A stretch of 64,000 nt of DNA from Actinomycetota bacterium (GTDB taxonomy: Bacteria; Actinomycetota; Geothermincolia; Geothermincolales; RBG-13-55-18): the NCBI GenBank assembly GCA_014360685.1, contig JACIXB010000023.1, positions 9,825 through 73,824 on the forward strand, read 5' to 3'. Of the stretch, positions 54,183-63,870 are shown piece by piece. Each line of letters starts with the position of its first letter. Position 1 is the first letter of the stretch. The position numbers and the translations under genes are program-made. The notes below the pieces were generated by a model that saw only the letters and a program-made list of their open reading frames with translations, was not told where the DNA came from and ran no database searches.

Positions 54183-55604
54183 TCAGCGGTTGACCAGCGA
54201 AAGGGCGCGCATGGCCCGGGGCATGGAGGGATATACCAGGACACCGTCCGAGAGCAATTTGTCCCTCACCCGGCGGGAGAGTTCCTCCACGGCCATGTCC
54301 CCCAGGCGCAAGGCCCGAGAATAGGCGACCAATATCACCGGTTTTCCGGTTTCCCGCCTCACCTTGATCAGTATGTCCGCCACGGCCTCCACCCCGGCTT
54401 CTCCAGCCAGTCCGAGCGCGAAGTTCAGGGCCAGGTCGAAGACCAGCGCGTCGGTGGTGGGGTTGAGCGCCGCCTCGCGCATGGCGGCCTCGAAGACGGG
54501 CAGGTGGACGAGGGGAGTGCCGATGTCCAGGGGGTTGCCCACCGAGGCTCCGGGATAGTCCAGGATTGCACGCAAGCGCCTCTCCGCATCACCGTGGAGC
54601 AGGGGGACCTCCAGCCCTTCGGCTTCCGCCAGGTCGCCGGCATATGCTCCCAACCCGCCGCCCCCGCCGGAGATGAATATCCTCCTGCCGGGCCTTCGTC
54701 CGAGGTGCTTCAGGGCCAGGAGAACGTCGCACAGCTCGTCGACTCCGGAAACCTCTATGACCCCGCATTGCCTGAACAAGCCTTCCCAGAGAGAGGTGGA
54801 GCCGGCCAGGGAGCCGGTGTGAGAAGCGGCGGCACGGCGGGAGGATTCCGACTTGCCCACCTTCCAAAAGACCACGTCCTTGCGGGAGGCGGCCGCCTTG
54901 AGGGCCTCGAAGAGGCTCCGGCCGTCGGATGTGCCTTCCAGGTAACCGGAGATGACCTTGGTGGACGGGTCGAGGGTGAAATATCGCAGGAGTTCTATCT
55001 CGTTGAGGTCCGCCCCGTTTCCGTAACTTACCACGGCGCTGAAATTGATGCCCAGGTCCCCGGCCATGCGGGCCACTTGAGCGGAGAAGCCCCCGCTCTG
55101 GGAGATGAAGGCTACCTCCCCCGGGACGCCGCTGAAGTCGTGCCCGGGGAGAAGGGTCAAGCGGTTGCGGGGATTGTAGATGCCGAAGCAATTGGGCCCG
55201 ATGATGCGAAAGCCGCCGTTGCGGGCTATGGAAACGGCTTCCATTTCCAGTTGCGCACCCTTATCTCCCATTTCCCGGAAGCCGGCGGCCAGGAGCACCA
55301 CCCCCTTGACCCCCAGGCGGGCGCATTCCCGGAGGATGTCCAGGGAGCGGTAGGCGGGAATGGCGATATAGACCAGCTCGGGCACCTCGGGTAGGGAGGC
55401 GAGGTCAGGATAGCATGGATGTCCCATGATTTCCTTCTCGCTGGGGTTGACGAGGTAGACGGGTCCGGAAAAACCGAAGGTCAGCTGGGAAGCGGTGAAA
55501 AGGGAGCCGAACTTCAACGGCTTTCCCGACGCCCCCACGATGGCCAGGGAGCGGGCGTTGATAATGGCGTCTATTTCCTCGAATCGGAAGTCCAACCTTA
55601 CCAC
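54183..55604 (-). CDS. CoA-binding / succinyl-CoA-synthetase-like protein (alpha-type subunit of NDP-forming acyl-CoA synthetase)
   Basis: ARSLAIVGASGKPLKFGS (CoA-binding Rossmann), RIIGPNCFGIYNP, and SQSGGFS. No ATP-grasp partner is adjacent. Confidence 0.7.
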   Translation of the reverse strand: MVRLDFRFEEIDAIINARSLAIVGASGKPLKFGSLFTASQLTFGFSGPVYLVNPSEKEIMGHPCYPDLASLPEVPELVYIAIPAYRSLDILRECARLGVKGVVLLAAGFREMGDKGAQLEMEAVSIARNGGFRIIGPNCFGIYNPRNRLTLLPGHDFSGVPGEVAFISQSGGFSAQVARMAGDLGINFSAVVSYGNGADLNEIELLRYFTLDPSTKVISGYLEGTSDGRSLFEALKAAASRKDVVFWKVGKSESSRRAAASHTGSLAGSTSLWEGLFRQCGVIEVSGVDELCDVLLALKHLGRRPGRRIFISGGGGGLGAYAGDLAEAEGLEVPLLHGDAERRLRAILDYPGASVGNPLDIGTPLVHLPVFEAAMREAALNPTTDALVFDLALNFALGLAGEAGVEAVADILIKVRRETGKPVILVAYSRALRLGDMAVEELSRRVRDKLLSDGVLVYPSMPRAMRALSLVNR

Positions 55605-55769
55605 GTCCCCTCCTGCGCGGCTTCAATTATAGCAGGTGGCGGAGCGGGGGCCGGTCGCCCGGGCAACGGCCTTCGATACGGGAAAGGGGGAATGGCCGTA
55701 GGAAAAGGCTATTCCAAGAGGCCTAGGTGTCCTATTGTCGCCCGGTTGGGAAGTGGCCGGGAACCTTCG

Positions 55770-55778
55770 TGATATAAT
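55770..55778 (+). promoter_or_regulatory. Extended -10 promoter element (TGaTATAAT) 6 nt upstream of an ATG, suggesting a leaderless mRNA
   Basis: tgatataat at 55770..55778 and ATG at 55785. No Shine-Dalgarno sequence lies between them. Confidence 0.5.
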
Positions 55779-55784
55779 CCAACC

Positions 55785-56702
55785 ATGGCTGAACGGCTTC
55801 AATTCATGGACCTGACGGGGCCGGAAATCGATTCCCTGGACCGGGAGAATTCGGTTTTCGTGTTGACCATAAGTCCCCTCGAGGTGCACGGGCCCCACCT
55901 TCCCCTGGGAACGGACGTCTGGGTAGCGGAGGAAGTGCGCGAACGCGCGTTGGCCAAGGCGTCGGAGAGGGACCCGGAGCTCGATTTCGTGGTCTTCCCT
56001 TCCTTCTGCTTGGGAAGCGATACCATCCCGGGATCGGTGGAAACGGACAGCCGGGCGGTGAACCTCGTTTTGCGGGGGGTCGCCGGCTTCCTGGCCCGAC
56101 GCGGTTTCAGGTACCTCCTGGTGGTGGACAACCACGGCGGTCCGCGGCACCAGATTGCCACCGCCAAGGCGGTGCGTCGCCTGTACCGGGAACATGGCTT
56201 TCATATCATCGCCCCCTTCCTCTCCTTTTACCGCCGCATGGTGGAGTTGGATCCGGCCCTCCTCGCCCGCTTGGGGGCCGGCCCGGGAGCCTGCGGGGAC
56301 GCCCAGGATTGCCACGCCGGACTCAACGAGACCTCCCTGATGCTCAGGGCTTATCCGGAGAAGGTGAAGCCCTTGTGGAAGGAACTGGGAAGGATCTCCA
56401 TAAACACGGGTCGATGGCCGGGAATCCTGCTGGGCTCCGCGGGCAAGTTGCTGCGGCTTCTGGGCCGGGAGGAGTTGGGAAGGGATCTTTCCTACGTGGG
56501 GCAGATGCTCTGCTGGGTGACGGAGAAGCACCCCTCCAATTATATAGGGGAACCCGGCGCCGCTTCTCCCGAGGCAGGCGAGCGCATGCTGGACGCCTTT
56601 TCCGACGAAGCCGTCGAACGCTTGGAGGCCGCGCTGCGGGGAGAGCCTCCCTACCACACGCCGCTGGGCTGGACCCTCCGTTTCATGGAGCCCAGCCGTT
56701 GA
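55785..56702 (+). CDS. Creatininase-family amidohydrolase
   Basis: ISPLEVHGPHLPLGTDVWVAEEV, VVDNHGGPRH, and GDAQDCHAGLNETS motifs. Confidence 0.75.
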   Translation: MAERLQFMDLTGPEIDSLDRENSVFVLTISPLEVHGPHLPLGTDVWVAEEVRERALAKASERDPELDFVVFPSFCLGSDTIPGSVETDSRAVNLVLRGVAGFLARRGFRYLLVVDNHGGPRHQIATAKAVRRLYREHGFHIIAPFLSFYRRMVELDPALLARLGAGPGACGDAQDCHAGLNETSLMLRAYPEKVKPLWKELGRISINTGRWPGILLGSAGKLLRLLGREELGRDLSYVGQMLCWVTEKHPSNYIGEPGAASPEAGERMLDAFSDEAVERLEAALRGEPPYHTPLGWTLRFMEPSR

Positions 56703-56928
56703 GTCCCCCGGGCCCGGCCTTGTCCATCCCCGGAGGGGGTTCAAACTCCGAGCCGGGGCTCGCCCACCTGTTATTCCACCCCGGCCGACCCGGCATGGCA
56801 AGGTCTTATCCTGGCTGGGATTTCACGACTCCCCCTGCGGGGATCAGGTATCCTCCCCGATGACTCCGTGGTCCCCTCCAGGTGTTCGGCCGCCCAAGTA
56901 GGGCTGGTAAATGCACCCGCGTGGAGGA

Positions 56929-58128
56929 TCACTCACGCCCTCCCGCGGAGGAGCGGAGGATGCGGGCCAGCTCCTCGAACTCCTCCCGCGACAGGTCGCC
57001 GGTTACGGTTACCTCCAGACCGCCGGCCACCAGGTGCATCTCCTGGCGGTTGGAGGCCACGGTGTAAATGACATCCGCGTATTCGCCGGAAAATCTTTCC
57101 TGCTGTACAAGGTAGGCGCCCGAAAGCAGGCCCAGCCCGGAAGTGTAATACCCGAAGTCCTCGACCAGGGGGGCTTGCCTGATCTCCACCTGGCGGTGAC
57201 CGTCGCGCAGCAGGAGGTAGAATTCCCGGAAGCCCTCCGGGAACTTCAGGGATTGTTCGGAGGCCGTGAGGTTGGAGGCCTCGGGGTTTCGCCAGAAGGA
57301 CCCCGCTTCCCCGAAGCCCTGGAGTTGCGGCCGGAGGGGGGAGAAGCCTGCCTCCGCGGTCGTCGCCCACCCCTCCGCCGGGCGGCATCCCCCGTCCCGG
57401 ACGGTGATATCGACGGGAGCCGAGGGACGGCCGAAGAGGGAATTCAACTCCTGTGCGGATTCCGGGAAGGGTTCGAGGGGATCCGGGATGTTCGCCGCCA
57501 TATCCCGGTAGGTGAACGTCACCTCGCGTTCACCCTCGAGAAGCAGTTCTTTGCGCACCGGTAAACCGGTCCCGCTTTCCAGCCACATCTCGGTCTGCGG
57601 GGTAAGACCGGACGCGGAGCGGAGGCGGTAAGCGTCGGTGCCGTCCAGCTTTTCCCGGGAAACGACCTCCAGGGACCCCCCTTCCAGCAGGGAGATCAAG
57701 GAATAGTAATAATCACCGTTTCCCACCAGGTGGTAAAGGGAAAGGTATATCCCGGTGCCCCGGATGGGCGGAACGTCCTCGAGGAGCTCTGCCCTGAGGG
57801 AGGCCCCCGGATCCGCGCTATCCAGGCCGGCACGCAGCACGCGGTTCCCGGATTGGGCGGCGTAGCGCACGAGGACCTTCTCCCCGTTCACGACCTGGAA
57901 GAAGCGATAACGGTAACCGTCGGGAAAGAGAAGGCGGAACTCCTCGAGGTACAGTTTCTCCCCGTCCACGGTCTGGCAGGTGAAGGCCAGGGACTCGATG
58001 CTGCCCGCCTTTTCGCGGAGTAACCCCAAGAGCTCTTCACGTAGGTCCGTCTTCCCGCATCCCGGAAAAACAGTGATGGAGAGCATCAGGGCGGCGAGGG
58101 CCACCAACCTGAGCGCAGCGCGTCGCAT
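56929..58128 (-). CDS. Lipoprotein of unknown function (LolA-like fold possible)
   Basis: MRRAALRLVALAALMLSITVFPGCG signal plus lipobox. 399 aa. Confidence 0.55.
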   Translation of the reverse strand: MRRAALRLVALAALMLSITVFPGCGKTDLREELLGLLREKAGSIESLAFTCQTVDGEKLYLEEFRLLFPDGYRYRFFQVVNGEKVLVRYAAQSGNRVLRAGLDSADPGASLRAELLEDVPPIRGTGIYLSLYHLVGNGDYYYSLISLLEGGSLEVVSREKLDGTDAYRLRSASGLTPQTEMWLESGTGLPVRKELLLEGEREVTFTYRDMAANIPDPLEPFPESAQELNSLFGRPSAPVDITVRDGGCRPAEGWATTAEAGFSPLRPQLQGFGEAGSFWRNPEASNLTASEQSLKFPEGFREFYLLLRDGHRQVEIRQAPLVEDFGYYTSGLGLLSGAYLVQQERFSGEYADVIYTVASNRQEMHLVAGGLEVTVTGDLSREEFEELARILRSSAGGRE

Positions 58129-58514
58129 GTCGCTCCCCTTTCCTTCACCTCTTTTTATTTATGTACCTGACGGCGGCGGTTCGTCATCCATCCGCCGCGC
58201 GGCCCGGCCGAGGATCGCCGTCCTCCATCGAACGTCCTCCATTAAAGCTCACGGTTGATGCGGAAAGTGCGTACCCCCCTGTTTTTCTCCGCACGGCTCC
58301 CTTCGTTGGCTCCCTGGCCTCCTTCGCCACCACCTATCCACGCGTGCATGGAGAGCCGCTTCCGGCACCTTATAGCCTCACCTCCGCGGCTTTCATTCTT
58401 GCTCGGTGTCGGGACTTCCCTGATGATTGTAGTACAATGCGGAAGAAACGAGGGAACCGGCCGGATACCAGGTAGCAAGTCGCGTTTTCCGCAGGGAGGA
58501 GGTAACGCAGGCAG

Positions 58515-59540
58515 ATGGACGGGCGGGTCGAGCACAAGCGAGGGGAGCTTCCGGAGGTCCACCGGGTTATCCCGGACCGCTGGGCGAGGGGGAAGACGGG
58601 AGCCCAGGCGGAAGGAGTGGAGTGGATTGATCCCCACGTGCACATCCTACCGCCCCGGCGCATGGCGGGACTTGTGCGCTGGGTCAGGAAGTTCACCCCT
58701 GGATTCCCGGTGAGCGAGGAGATCACGCCGGAGGAGATCGTATCCGCCCTGAGGGAATCGGGCATCCGGCTCTTCTTCAACCTGGTCTTTCCCTTATGGG
58801 AGGAAGAAACGGAGGAGCTCAACCGTTTCAACCGGGACTTGTGCTCGGGGATCCCTGAGGCGGTGCCCTTCGGATCCCTGCATATCGAGACCCCGGACAA
58901 GGAGAAAGAGACCAGGCGATGCATCGAGGACTACGGCTTCGTGGGTATGAAGCTCCACCCCTACGCCCAGCGCTTTCCGGCCTTCGGCGAGGAAATGCAC
59001 CCCATGTTCAAGGTTCTGGACGAGTACCGCCGCCCTTTACTGGTGCACACGGGCTTCGACACCTTTTACGGGATGTACATGGACCTGGAGAAGATGGAAA
59101 CGGTGCTGCGCGATTATCCCGGCATGCAGCTGGTGGCGGTCCACGCGCTCTTTCCGCGCTTCCGCCTGGCCCATCGATTGTTGGGCGAATATGACAACTT
59201 CTGGCTGGATATGACCAACTCCATATCCTGCATGCGCATGTACGAGGACTTGAAGGCCCGGATGGAACCCCTTCCGCCCATGGCCGAGAGCCTGGAGGTG
59301 GAGGAGGTGGACGAGAACTACCCCTGGTTCCGGCGCCTTTTCGAGGATTTTTCCCATCGCATCCTCTACGGGACCGACTTTCCGGTAGGGTTCGGGTACC
59401 ATCCCGCGCTTTGGGAGGACCTGCGTTATTTCGAGTTCGGCGAGGAAATCGAGAAGGACCTTCTGGGAGGCGCGGTGCGCAACCTCCTGGAACGCTGCGG
59501 ATTCGGCCACCTCTTGCCGGCTCAGCGGGAAAGCAGGTGA
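58515..59540 (+). CDS. Amidohydrolase-2 (TIM-barrel metal-dependent hydrolase) family protein
   Basis: IDPHVHILPP metal motif, GMKLHP, LLVHTG, and YGTDFP. The start is uncertain (an alternative lies near 58614). Confidence 0.65.
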   Translation: MDGRVEHKRGELPEVHRVIPDRWARGKTGAQAEGVEWIDPHVHILPPRRMAGLVRWVRKFTPGFPVSEEITPEEIVSALRESGIRLFFNLVFPLWEEETEELNRFNRDLCSGIPEAVPFGSLHIETPDKEKETRRCIEDYGFVGMKLHPYAQRFPAFGEEMHPMFKVLDEYRRPLLVHTGFDTFYGMYMDLEKMETVLRDYPGMQLVAVHALFPRFRLAHRLLGEYDNFWLDMTNSISCMRMYEDLKARMEPLPPMAESLEVEEVDENYPWFRRLFEDFSHRILYGTDFPVGFGYHPALWEDLRYFEFGEEIEKDLLGGAVRNLLERCGFGHLLPAQRESR

Positions 59541-59874
59541 CGTATATCGCGGTGCCCGACGAAAATGAAACGGGCCTTTACGTGGGAGGCGAGGCCTGCC
59601 GGCAGTAAACTCCTGGGCCCACCGGTGACCATCCGGAAGGAGATGGTGACTAACCCGGGAGAAGACGATCTTATTTCCGGTAATCGGAGTATGGCGGCCG
59701 CCGGGATGACCCGTTTTATGAGCCCGGCTTGAAAACCGTGACCGGGATGCCGGGGCACCCTTCGCCGAAGGCCGGCTTTTACCTACCTTAAGTAACTGGA
59801 AGTGATCCGGAGGCAAGATTAGAATAAGGTAAGGCGTACGGCAGGTCTCGGATGGGCGCACGAGGAGGTGGGAG

Positions 59875-60159
59875 ATGTCCGCGGTCAGGGATTACTTGAA
59901 GACGCAGCACCTTTTCACCATGAAGGCTTTCCTTTCGCCGGAGGAGAATCCCTCCCAGAAGGTATGGTTTCACTTCGACGAGGAGGGGAAGGTCACCGGG
60001 CACAGCTTCGAGCCCGCGGACAAGGAATGGGACGGCACGGGGCCGAAGCCGGTGATCACCCCTATGGGTCGCTTCGAGGGGGAGGCCAAGCTCTCCGAGA
60101 ACTGGGCCGAGTTCATCAAGATGGCCGAGGAGGAGGAACGGAAGCAGCGGGGATCCTGA
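59875..60159 (+). CDS. Hypothetical small protein (94 aa)
   Basis: Strong RBS gaggaggtggg before the ATG and plausible composition. No recognisable motif. Confidence 0.5.
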   Translation: MSAVRDYLKTQHLFTMKAFLSPEENPSQKVWFHFDEEGKVTGHSFEPADKEWDGTGPKPVITPMGRFEGEAKLSENWAEFIKMAEEEERKQRGS

Positions 60160-60188
60160 GCGGTCTTATCCCCGGTCAATGGATCGAA

Positions 60189-60194
60189 TATAAT
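60189..60194 (+). promoter_or_regulatory. -10 box (TATAAT) positioned to start transcription at the rnpB 5' end
   Basis: tataat ends 3-7 nt before the first P1 nucleotides of RNase P RNA. The -35 region is weak. Confidence 0.45.
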
Positions 60195-60196
60195 TA

Positions 60197-60590
60197 GAGG
60201 AGGAGGGAGCCGGCCGGGTGGTCGCGGGCGCGCGAAAGTGCGCCTGAGGAAAGTCCGGACTCCACAGGGCAGGGAGCTGGGTAACGCCCAGGCGGGGTGA
60301 CCCGACGGAAAGTGCCACAGAAAGGGAAACCGCCCACCGCCTCCTCACGGGGGCAGGGGCAAGGGTGAAAAGGTGGGGTAAGAGCCCACCAGCGGTCCTG
60401 GTGACAGGGCCGGCTTGGTAAACCCCTCCCGGAGCAAGGCCAAGTAGGAGCCGATGCCGTGGCCCGCGGCGCTTGAGGCTCGGGTAGGCCGCACGAGGCC
60501 GTCGGTAACGGCGGTCCCAGATGGATGACCACCGCCCGGGGATTTGACCCGGGTACAGAATCCGGCTTACAGGCCGACTCCCTCCTCCTG
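60197..60590 (+). ncRNA. rnpB: RNase P RNA, bacterial type A
   Basis: Universal motifs GAGGAAAGTCCGG..CACAGGGCAGGGAGCTGGGTAACGCCCAGG, ..GGTAAGAGCCCACC.., GGTAAACCCC.CCCGGAGCAAGGCCAAGTAGG, and ..ACAGAATCCGGCTTAC. The P1 stem is aggaggagggag.. / ..ctccctcctcct. Confidence 0.95.
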
Positions 60591-60704
60591 TTTTCCCAGG
60601 TAGATGGGCAAATTTCAAGGCTTCCCTCCAGACCCCTTCAGCTTGTGCCCGAAATACTCCGAAACTCTGGACGCGTTCCGCGTTTCCGCGGGTTACCGAC
60701 CACC

Positions 60705-60731
60705 GCCCTCTCGCCGGAGAGGGCAGATTTT
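60705..60731 (+). terminator. Intrinsic terminator
   Basis: Perfect 8-bp stem gccctctc / gagagggc, loop gccg, followed by agatttt. Confidence 0.7.
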
Positions 60732-60964
60732 CACGGCATAACATCTGATTCGGAGACAGCTTACAAGGCGGAAGGCGCGCGAAACTGACTCCTGGAAATG
60801 CGGAAAATGTTGTAGGCTTAAAACGTCCGTGGACGCTCAAGGTTTTCCGGTTACATGAGGTTGACCGAGTCGCTTGTAGGATTTTCATAAACCGCATATC
60901 CTTTCCCCAACGGCTGGGGACTAACGTCGAGGCAATGTATCGTGGCAGGAAGGGAGGTGGGTGG

Positions 60965-61765
60965 ATGCACCCTCTGATAGACGAGAACATGGTCCGGAAC
61001 ATACTGGAGACCGGCAATGCCGCCGCCGGGTTGCCCCCGAGGGTGGAAGTGCTGGAGAAGCACGGCCTGCCCTACGACCGTGAAGCGGAGAACGTGGTGA
61101 TCAGCGGTTGCCAGGTCATGTACCTGCTTCCGCAGGTCATCGCCTCCCTGGCATGGGTGCTGGAAAGGGGTGGCATGTCCTTCACCTTCCTCTCCCGGGA
61201 GTACTGCTGCGGCAATTACCTTTACCGTCCCGCGATCCAGGCTCGGGATGAGGAAGCCCTTGAGGAGTGCCGTGGGCTCTCCCGGAAATTCGTGTCCCTG
61301 AACCTGGAGAAGGCCAGGGAGCTCGGGGCCCGGCGCCTGGTCATTTTCTGTTCCCCCTGCTACCCCATCTACAGGCACGCCTTCCCGGAGGAGGAGATAA
61401 TCTTCTATCCGCGGGCCCTAGCCGAGGTCATGAGAGAGATTCCCTGGGAGGGGGATGTGGATTATTACGCGGGTTGTTACCGCCTGCACCGCAGGTTCTC
61501 ACCCGTGCCCATGGACCTGGAGTCCGCGGAGGAAGTGTTTTCCAAGATGCCGGGTTTGCGCGTTAACCGCATAGGCGCCCCAAGTTGCTGTTATAAGCCC
61601 GAGGGCATAACTCACCTGGTTGACAACCTGCGCACGGGAATGCTGGTCACCATCTGCACGGGATGCTACGGTCAGGCGCTGGCCTCCGCTCCGAAGGAGA
61701 AAGGCGTCGAGGTGGTCATGCTTCCCCAGCTGGTGGAAAGGGCTATGCAACGGCGGGGCGATTAG
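60965..61765 (+). CDS. Cysteine-rich CCG-domain protein (HdrB/GlcF-C-terminal-like)
   Basis: REYCCGNYLYRP, FCSPCYPIY, YYAGCYRLH, APSCCYKPEG, and ICTGCYGQ. gggaggtg RBS before the ATG at 60965. Confidence 0.65.
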   Translation: MHPLIDENMVRNILETGNAAAGLPPRVEVLEKHGLPYDREAENVVISGCQVMYLLPQVIASLAWVLERGGMSFTFLSREYCCGNYLYRPAIQARDEEALEECRGLSRKFVSLNLEKARELGARRLVIFCSPCYPIYRHAFPEEEIIFYPRALAEVMREIPWEGDVDYYAGCYRLHRRFSPVPMDLESAEEVFSKMPGLRVNRIGAPSCCYKPEGITHLVDNLRTGMLVTICTGCYGQALASAPKEKGVEVVMLPQLVERAMQRRGD

Positions 61766-61863
61766 CGGGCAGGTTCCCCGTTGAGGGTGTCCGGTTCATG
61801 GAATTTCCTGCCGCGATGCCGGTGCGGGGTTGTAAGGTGCATAGGGATAGCAAGGAGGGAGAG

Positions 61864-62082
61864 ATGGAGGAAAGAACGGAGACCCAATGGGACGAGAAGA
61901 CCCGGAAGAGGGCGGATTTCTGCCTTAACAAGTGCACCCTCTGCAAGCTGGGGAGAAAGAGGGGCAAGGGGCTCTTCTACCAGCTGGTCAAGCTGGAGGC
62001 GGGGCTCAAGGTCTGTCCCTGGTGCCGGGCCTACGAGAAGGTGTACGGGGTTCCCGCCTACGAGAAGCCTCCCCAGGGATGA
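61864..62082 (+). CDS. Small Cys-rich (zinc-ribbon-like) protein, 72 aa
   Basis: CLNKCTLCKLG ... CPWCRAYE. aaggaggg RBS 5 nt upstream. The stop overlaps the next ATG (ATGA). Confidence 0.5.
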   Translation: MEERTETQWDEKTRKRADFCLNKCTLCKLGRKRGKGLFYQLVKLEAGLKVCPWCRAYEKVYGVPAYEKPPQG

Positions 62083-63413
62083 GGGGACCGGGTATCGATC
62101 CTGGACCGCTGACCTCCGCGGAATGGGAGGATCTCCACCGGGAGTCCCGCCGCGTCCTGGAGCTCAACGAAGTGGAGGAGGGCGACGTCTATTACCACAT
62201 GCCCTCTTTCCACCACTACTCTTCCCTCTTCGGCTGGGACAGCGGTTTTCACGCCGTGGCCATGCTGCATATCGACCCCCGCAAGGCGGCCCGGGAGCTG
62301 GAGACCCTTTTCCGGCAGGTCAGGGAGGACGGCCATCTCCCTCACGAGGTCCTGCTTCCTCACCGTACCTCTCACCCCTGGTTGAACAACCTCAAGACTT
62401 GGCTGGTCCGCTGGGAGTTCGACCGCCGGGGCGCTTCCTACATGATCGATCCCCCCAGCTACCATTACGCGGCAGAGCTGGTGTACGAGAGGACAAGGGA
62501 CAGGGATTGGCTTGGAAGGTTGTGGCCGAACATGTGCCGGAGCCTGGATTACTTATTGGAAGAGCGCGACGTGTTCGGGAACGGGCTGGTCACCATCTTC
62601 CACCCCTGGGAATCGGGGACGGACATGTCCCCCCAGTTCTTCAGCGCCATGGGACTCGATCGCGGGGGCTTGAAGAGCCTGTTGCGCTCCGACCTTTACC
62701 CCACCGCACTCTTCGCTTACAACCGGGCGATGGGATGGGATCCGCAAAGGTTGGCCAAGGCCGACCGGTTCGTATGCCAGGAACTCACCGTCAACTGTCT
62801 CGCCATCCGCGCCTGCCGGAGCATGGCCTTTCTGGCCGGCGAGATAGGAGAAGAAGTGAGAAAAGAAAAATATGAGCAAAGGGCGGCTAGGCTCATGGAA
62901 GCCCTTGACGCTTTATGCTGGGATGAGGAAGCGGGGTGTTATTTTCCGCGTTTCGGTTTCCGGAGGCCGCGCCTGGCAAGAAGAAAAACCGCCGATTCCC
63001 TCATGCCCCTATTCGGTGGCTTGTGCATCCCGGAAAGGGCGGCGAGGCTGATAGAGGACCACCTCCTCAATCCCCGGGAATTTTTCACCCCTTATCCGAT
63101 ACCCTTCAACCCCGTGGATGAGGTGGAGAAAGAAGGGGGATGGGTGGAGAAGCGCCTGTGGGCCGGGCACTGCGTTTGGGTCAACTTCTGCTGGATGCTG
63201 TGCATAGCCCTCGACGAACATGGATACCGGGATGTGGCCAGGGAGATAACCCGACGGGTGGTGAGGATGATACTCCGGGAGGGATTCTTCGAGTTCTACG
63301 ATTCCCGAACCGGGGAGGGCAGGAGGATTCCCGATTTCTGCTGGCCGGCCCTTGCCTTGGATATGACGGCCAGGTTCTGGCCGGAGGTAATAAGAGAGCA
63401 GGATCCCGGCTGA
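62079..63413 (+). CDS. (alpha/alpha)6-barrel glycoside hydrolase, GH63 / mannosyl- or glucosylglycerate-hydrolase-like
   Basis: YYHMPSFHHYSSLFGWDSGFHAVAM, TIFHPWESGTDMSPQF, and FFEFYDSRTGEG..DFCWPALAL resemble MGH/GgH-type enzymes. Confidence 0.65.
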   Translation: MRGPGIDPGPLTSAEWEDLHRESRRVLELNEVEEGDVYYHMPSFHHYSSLFGWDSGFHAVAMLHIDPRKAARELETLFRQVREDGHLPHEVLLPHRTSHPWLNNLKTWLVRWEFDRRGASYMIDPPSYHYAAELVYERTRDRDWLGRLWPNMCRSLDYLLEERDVFGNGLVTIFHPWESGTDMSPQFFSAMGLDRGGLKSLLRSDLYPTALFAYNRAMGWDPQRLAKADRFVCQELTVNCLAIRACRSMAFLAGEIGEEVRKEKYEQRAARLMEALDALCWDEEAGCYFPRFGFRRPRLARRKTADSLMPLFGGLCIPERAARLIEDHLLNPREFFTPYPIPFNPVDEVEKEGGWVEKRLWAGHCVWVNFCWMLCIALDEHGYRDVAREITRRVVRMILREGFFEFYDSRTGEGRRIPDFCWPALALDMTARFWPEVIREQDPG

Positions 63414-63456
63414 GCGGTGACCGGGCCGCCATCCCCCCTTGCGTTGGACGCCAAGG

Positions 63457-63870
63457 TCATTTGCGGGGAACACGATTGGGGAAAGCGTCATGGAGCATCC
63501 CGGTGCGCAGGTAGTCCAGGTACATCCTCCTTCTCTTGGCGGCCTCGACGTAGAGAGGCACGAGGATGCCGGCGACGATTATGGTCAACCAGGAACGGAA
63601 ACCCAGGGCTATTCCCAGGTTCATCACCGTGCGGGCCGCTATCCTGCGGTAGCCTTGTTGGGCATGGGCCCTACTGTGAGTGGCTCTCCTGCGCCGCTGG
63701 TCCTCCATGATCCTCGCGTTGAGGAAGAACCCAAGAAGCCAGACCGCCAAGCCCAGGGGAAGGGAGACGTAGGGTTGCAGGGGTACAGACCAACCCGCCA
63801 TGAGGCTGGTGGCCACGCTCATCCATATGGCCAGGAAGTGAAGCAATATGATCCAGTTTCCCTGCGGCAT
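63457..63870 (-). CDS. Small integral membrane protein of unknown function
   Basis: 137 aa with about four hydrophobic segments and an R-rich loop. Confidence 0.5.
   Translation of the reverse strand: MPQGNWIILLHFLAIWMSVATSLMAGWSVPLQPYVSLPLGLAVWLLGFFLNARIMEDQRRRRATHSRAHAQQGYRRIAARTVMNLGIALGFRSWLTIIVAGILVPLYVEAAKRRRMYLDYLRTGMLHDAFPNRVPRK

Noticed and set aside
56730-56760. tRNA-like T-loop sequence (gggttcaaactcc)
   Set aside because: The flanking bases cannot form a T-stem, and no acceptor, D or anticodon arms can be drawn. No other tRNA-like region was seen in the window.
60166-61017. 283-aa ORF on the minus strand, plus 60194..60532(-)
   Set aside because: It overlaps the RNase P RNA, whose universal motifs and P1 pairing are unambiguous on the plus strand. 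The ORF translation is compositional noise.
61932-62078. Upstream extension of the glycoside-hydrolase ORF
   Set aside because: The extension is G/A/R-rich noise overlapping the small Cys-rich ORF. The ATG at 62079 coincides with where family-like sequence begins and forms an ATGA overlap with the upstream stop.
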